Assembly: GCA_038229875.1 (NCBI GenBank)
Contig: JBBROA010000003.1
Location: 1,465-65,464 of the forward strand
Direction of reading: 5' to 3'
Length of the DNA stretch: 64,000 bases
Origin: Thermoanaerobaculia bacterium
Lineage (GTDB): Bacteria; Acidobacteriota; Thermoanaerobaculia; UBA5066; Gp7-AA6
Shown in pieces: positions 61,321 through 64,000 of the stretch. The stretch's first letter is position 1, and the number at the start of each line of letters is the position of its first letter. The position numbers and the translations under genes are program-made. The notes beneath the pieces are model-generated. The model was not told the DNA's origin, did not search any database, and saw nothing but the letters and a program-made list of their open reading frames with translations.

Positions 61321-63195
61321 TCACCAGCCTGTCGGCTTACCCCGGTTCTGCTCGTCCAGCCACTTCTGAAGCGGCGCGAAGTAGTCGCGCATCGCCGTCG
61401 CGTCCATCTGCCGCTGTCCCGTGAGCTCTTCGAGGGCGTCCGGCCATGGGCGGCTCTGCCCCATCGCGAGCATCTTCGCGAGCCGCTCTCCAGCCGGGCG
61501 GCTGCCGTAGATCGAACAGCGATTGAGCGGTCCGTCGCACCCGGCGATCTTCGCGAGCGCGCGATGGAACTGGAACTGCAGAATGTCTGCGAGGAAATAT
61601 CTCGTGTACGGCACGTTCGCCGCGACGTGGTACTTCGCGCCGGGGTCGAAGTCGGCCTCGGTGCGGCCGCCTGGCGGCGCCACGCCCTGGTACTTCAGGC
61701 GCAGCTCCCACCAGACCCGATTGTAATTTTCCGACGTCACTTCCCCGGAAAAGACCTTCCAGCGCCACTGGTCGATCAGCAGCCCGAATGGAAGAAACGA
61801 CAGCTTGTCGAGCGCGCGAGAGAGCAGCAGTCCGATGTCCTTGGATTCGTCGGGCGCCTTTTCAAGGAACTTGAGCTTCACGAGGTACTCGGGAGTGATG
61901 GACAGGGCGATCGTGTCGCCGATCGCTTCGTGGAAGCCGTCGTTGGCGCTGTCGCGGAAAAGATACGGCTGCGTGTTGTAGGCACGCTGGTAGAAGTTGT
62001 GGCCGAGCTCATGGTGGATGGTCGAGAAGTCTTCGGCCGTGATGTCGATGCACATCTTGATGCGGAGGTCGTTGACGTTGTCGACGTCCCAGGCGCTCGC
62101 GTGGCAGACGACTTCGCGGTCACGCGGCTTCGTGAAGAGAGACCGCTCCCAGAACGTCTTCGGGAGGGGATCGAATCCGAGCGACGTGAAAAAGCCTTCT
62201 CCGTACCGGACCATCTGCCGGGCGTCGGTCTTCCGCTGCTTCAGGATCGCCGTGAGGTCGTAGCCGGGATCGGCGTTTCCGGGCGCGACCAGGGAATAGA
62301 CGTTCGACCAGTCCTGCGCCCACATGTTGCCGAGCAGATGCGCCGGAATGGGGCCGCTCGCGGGAACCGCGTCGCCATATTTTTCCCGCAGCTTCCAACG
62401 CACGTACGCGTGAAGCGACACGTAAAGGGGCCGTACCTGGTCCCACAGACGGTCGAGCTCGCGCGCGAACTCCGCAGGAGGCATGTCGTACTTCGAGCGC
62501 CACATCGCGCCGGTGTCTTCGAAGCCGAGCTCCCGCGCGCCCTTGTTGGCGAGCTCGACATAACGCGCGAAGTCCTTCCGCATCGGGACGGAGACAGTGT
62601 GCCAGCCGCGCCAGACGTCCTCGATCTGCTTTGGATCCCGGCTGGTCGCGAGGATCCGGGTGATGTCCTCGAGGTCGAGGCATTTGTCCGTTCCGTTCGG
62701 GCAGTACTTGCCCTTCCCGTATGCGCCCTCGAGCGAGGCCACGATCCGCGTCAGCTCCTCGCTCTCCTTCGGATCGGACGGTGCGGCGAGAGTCAGCGAA
62801 TTCTTGAGCAGCCGGATCTTGCGGGCGACGTCCTGCGGAAGGCGAGCGCCGTCGTAACGAGCCGCTTTCTTCGCATACACGGCGGACGCCGTGATCACGC
62901 GCTCGCTGGCACGCGCGGCCAGGATTTCCGTGTCGTCCGTGATGTACGTCGACTGGACCCAGCTCGCCCGCGACGCTTCGTTCGCAAGAACCAGGAGCGT
63001 GGTTTCGGCCTCTGCGATGAAGGCCCGGGCTTCCGCGGCGGTCGCCGGGCCTCGCTTTCCGGCGGCGGGCCTGGCGGCTCGCGCCGCGGGTTTCTCAGGC
63101 GGCATCGCGGGCTCCGCGGCCGACGCGAACACCGCTGCGGTCGCGGTCGTCACCAGCAGCGTGCACAGGGAAAATCCTCGAAGGCGTCGTTTCAT
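61321..63195 (-). CDS. M2 family (ACE-like) peptidyl-dipeptidase, secreted
   Basis: Signal peptide; HHELGHNFYQRAY...FHEAIGD (HEXXH + E). Confidence 0.9.
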   Translation of the reverse strand: MKRRLRGFSLCTLLVTTATAAVFASAAEPAMPPEKPAARAARPAAGKRGPATAAEARAFIAEAETTLLVLANEASRASWVQSTYITDDTEILAARASERVITASAVYAKKAARYDGARLPQDVARKIRLLKNSLTLAAPSDPKESEELTRIVASLEGAYGKGKYCPNGTDKCLDLEDITRILATSRDPKQIEDVWRGWHTVSVPMRKDFARYVELANKGARELGFEDTGAMWRSKYDMPPAEFARELDRLWDQVRPLYVSLHAYVRWKLREKYGDAVPASGPIPAHLLGNMWAQDWSNVYSLVAPGNADPGYDLTAILKQRKTDARQMVRYGEGFFTSLGFDPLPKTFWERSLFTKPRDREVVCHASAWDVDNVNDLRIKMCIDITAEDFSTIHHELGHNFYQRAYNTQPYLFRDSANDGFHEAIGDTIALSITPEYLVKLKFLEKAPDESKDIGLLLSRALDKLSFLPFGLLIDQWRWKVFSGEVTSENYNRVWWELRLKYQGVAPPGGRTEADFDPGAKYHVAANVPYTRYFLADILQFQFHRALAKIAGCDGPLNRCSIYGSRPAGERLAKMLAMGQSRPWPDALEELTGQRQMDATAMRDYFAPLQKWLDEQNRGKPTGW

Positions 63196-63275
63196 TTTTC
63201 ACTCCGTCTCTCCAGCGAGACGAGATTGTACGGGTCGCGCCGCCAGCGCGCGGGCAGCGCTTCTCCGGCGCCCGC

Positions 63276-64000
63276 CTACTTCCGCCGCGCCTTCGAGGCG
63301 AGAATCCACGCATCCATCCGCTGATCGAGGATGTCGAGAGGGAGCGCCCCGGCGCCCAGGACCTCGTCGTGAAACGCCCGGATGTCGAACGCGACGCCAA
63401 GCCCCTTCTTCGCGCGATCGCGGAGCTCTAAGATCTTCAGCTGACCGATCTTGTACGCAAGCGCCTGGCCCGGCCACGCGATGTACCGGTCCGTTTCGCT
63501 CTGCACCTCGACCTCGTCGACGGCGGAATGGTCGTGAAAGAACTGCACGACCTGGTCGCGCGTCCACTTCTTGTAGTGAAACCCCGTGTCGACCACGAGC
63601 CGGATCGCCCGCAGCATTTCGTCCTGAAGCCGTCCGTAGTCGCTGTACGGATCCTTGTAGAACCCGACGTCTTTCCCGAGGCGTTCGGAATAGAGCGCCC
63701 ACCCCTCGACGAAGGCCGTGTAGCCGCTCTGCTGCCGGACCGGGGGCAGCTCGTCCTGCTCCTGAGCTATCGAGAGCTGCAGGTGATGGCCGGGGACGCC
63801 CTCGTGGTACGCGGTCGACTCCGTCGAGATCGTCTTGCGCGACTCGGGCTGCGACGTGTTGACCATCACGCGCCCCGCGCGCGAGCCGTCCTTCGCGCCC
63901 GTGTTGTACTGCGCGCCGGATGCCTCCTTCTCGCGGAACGCTTCCACCGCGGCCACCTCCACCTGCGCCTTCGGCAGCCGTCCGAAGAGCTTCGGAAGCT
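63276..64000 (-). CDS. DUF885 family protein, 5' end beyond window end
   Basis: EGVPGHHLQ...VEGWALYSE... typical DUF885 block; the frame stays open upstream of the listed GTG to position 64000 (LPKLFGRLPKAQVEV). Confidence 0.8.
   Translation of the reverse strand, partial: LPKLFGRLPKAQVEVAAVEAFREKEASGAQYNTGAKDGSRAGRVMVNTSQPESRKTISTESTAYHEGVPGHHLQLSIAQEQDELPPVRQQSGYTAFVEGWALYSERLGKDVGFYKDPYSDYGRLQDEMLRAIRLVVDTGFHYKKWTRDQVVQFFHDHSAVDEVEVQSETDRYIAWPGQALAYKIGQLKILELRDRAKKGLGVAFDIRAFHDEVLGAGALPLDILDQRMDAWILASKARRK

Overview
High-GC bacterial chromosome segment. Gene content and repeat style suggest an Acidobacteriota-like soil or sediment organism, but the taxon cannot be proven from sequence alone. 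Positions 1-10.8 kb are a sedentary chromosomal integron. An IntI-type tyrosine recombinase (9748-10755, minus) is followed on the same strand by 19 complete cassettes, bounded by 19 near-identical attC sites (61-76 bp, GCCTAAC...GTTAGGC). Fifteen cassettes hold one small minus-strand ORF (membrane, secreted/lipoprotein, Imm50-like, DUF4279-like, DUF2007-like). Four are diverged copies of a single 172-bp ORF-less cassette. intI is co-directional with the array and is the last gene of a tight imuA-imuB-orf155-intI string (SOS mutagenesis genes, no dnaE2). Divergent from imuA is a three-gene operon: a TIR protein with TM helix and outer domain, a RyR-domain-only mini-protein, and a tandem SLATT-like 4-TM protein. 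This operon is my best candidate for an undescribed conflict or anti-phage system. Positions 16.7-64 kb carry ordinary chromosomal genes: TetR plus hydrolase, a frameshifted Nudix gene, MacAB-like efflux plus a DUF5916 outer-membrane protein, YihY, DUF72, M24/M48/M2/DUF885 peptidases, a two-component system, a fused E1 dehydrogenase, a Ser/Thr kinase with TolB-like propeller, dinB, citrate synthase, and an ECF sigma/anti-sigma/DUF4097 module. These are interspersed with several intergenic repeat families: a 165-215 bp two-hairpin dispersed repeat (3 copies), CCGCGG-hairpin REPs (4 copies), GC-rich palindromes translating as SPRARGEG (6-7 copies), and short tandem 7-8-mers. No rRNA, tRNA or CRISPR array was recognised. 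All family assignments come from motif recognition by eye, not from database searches.
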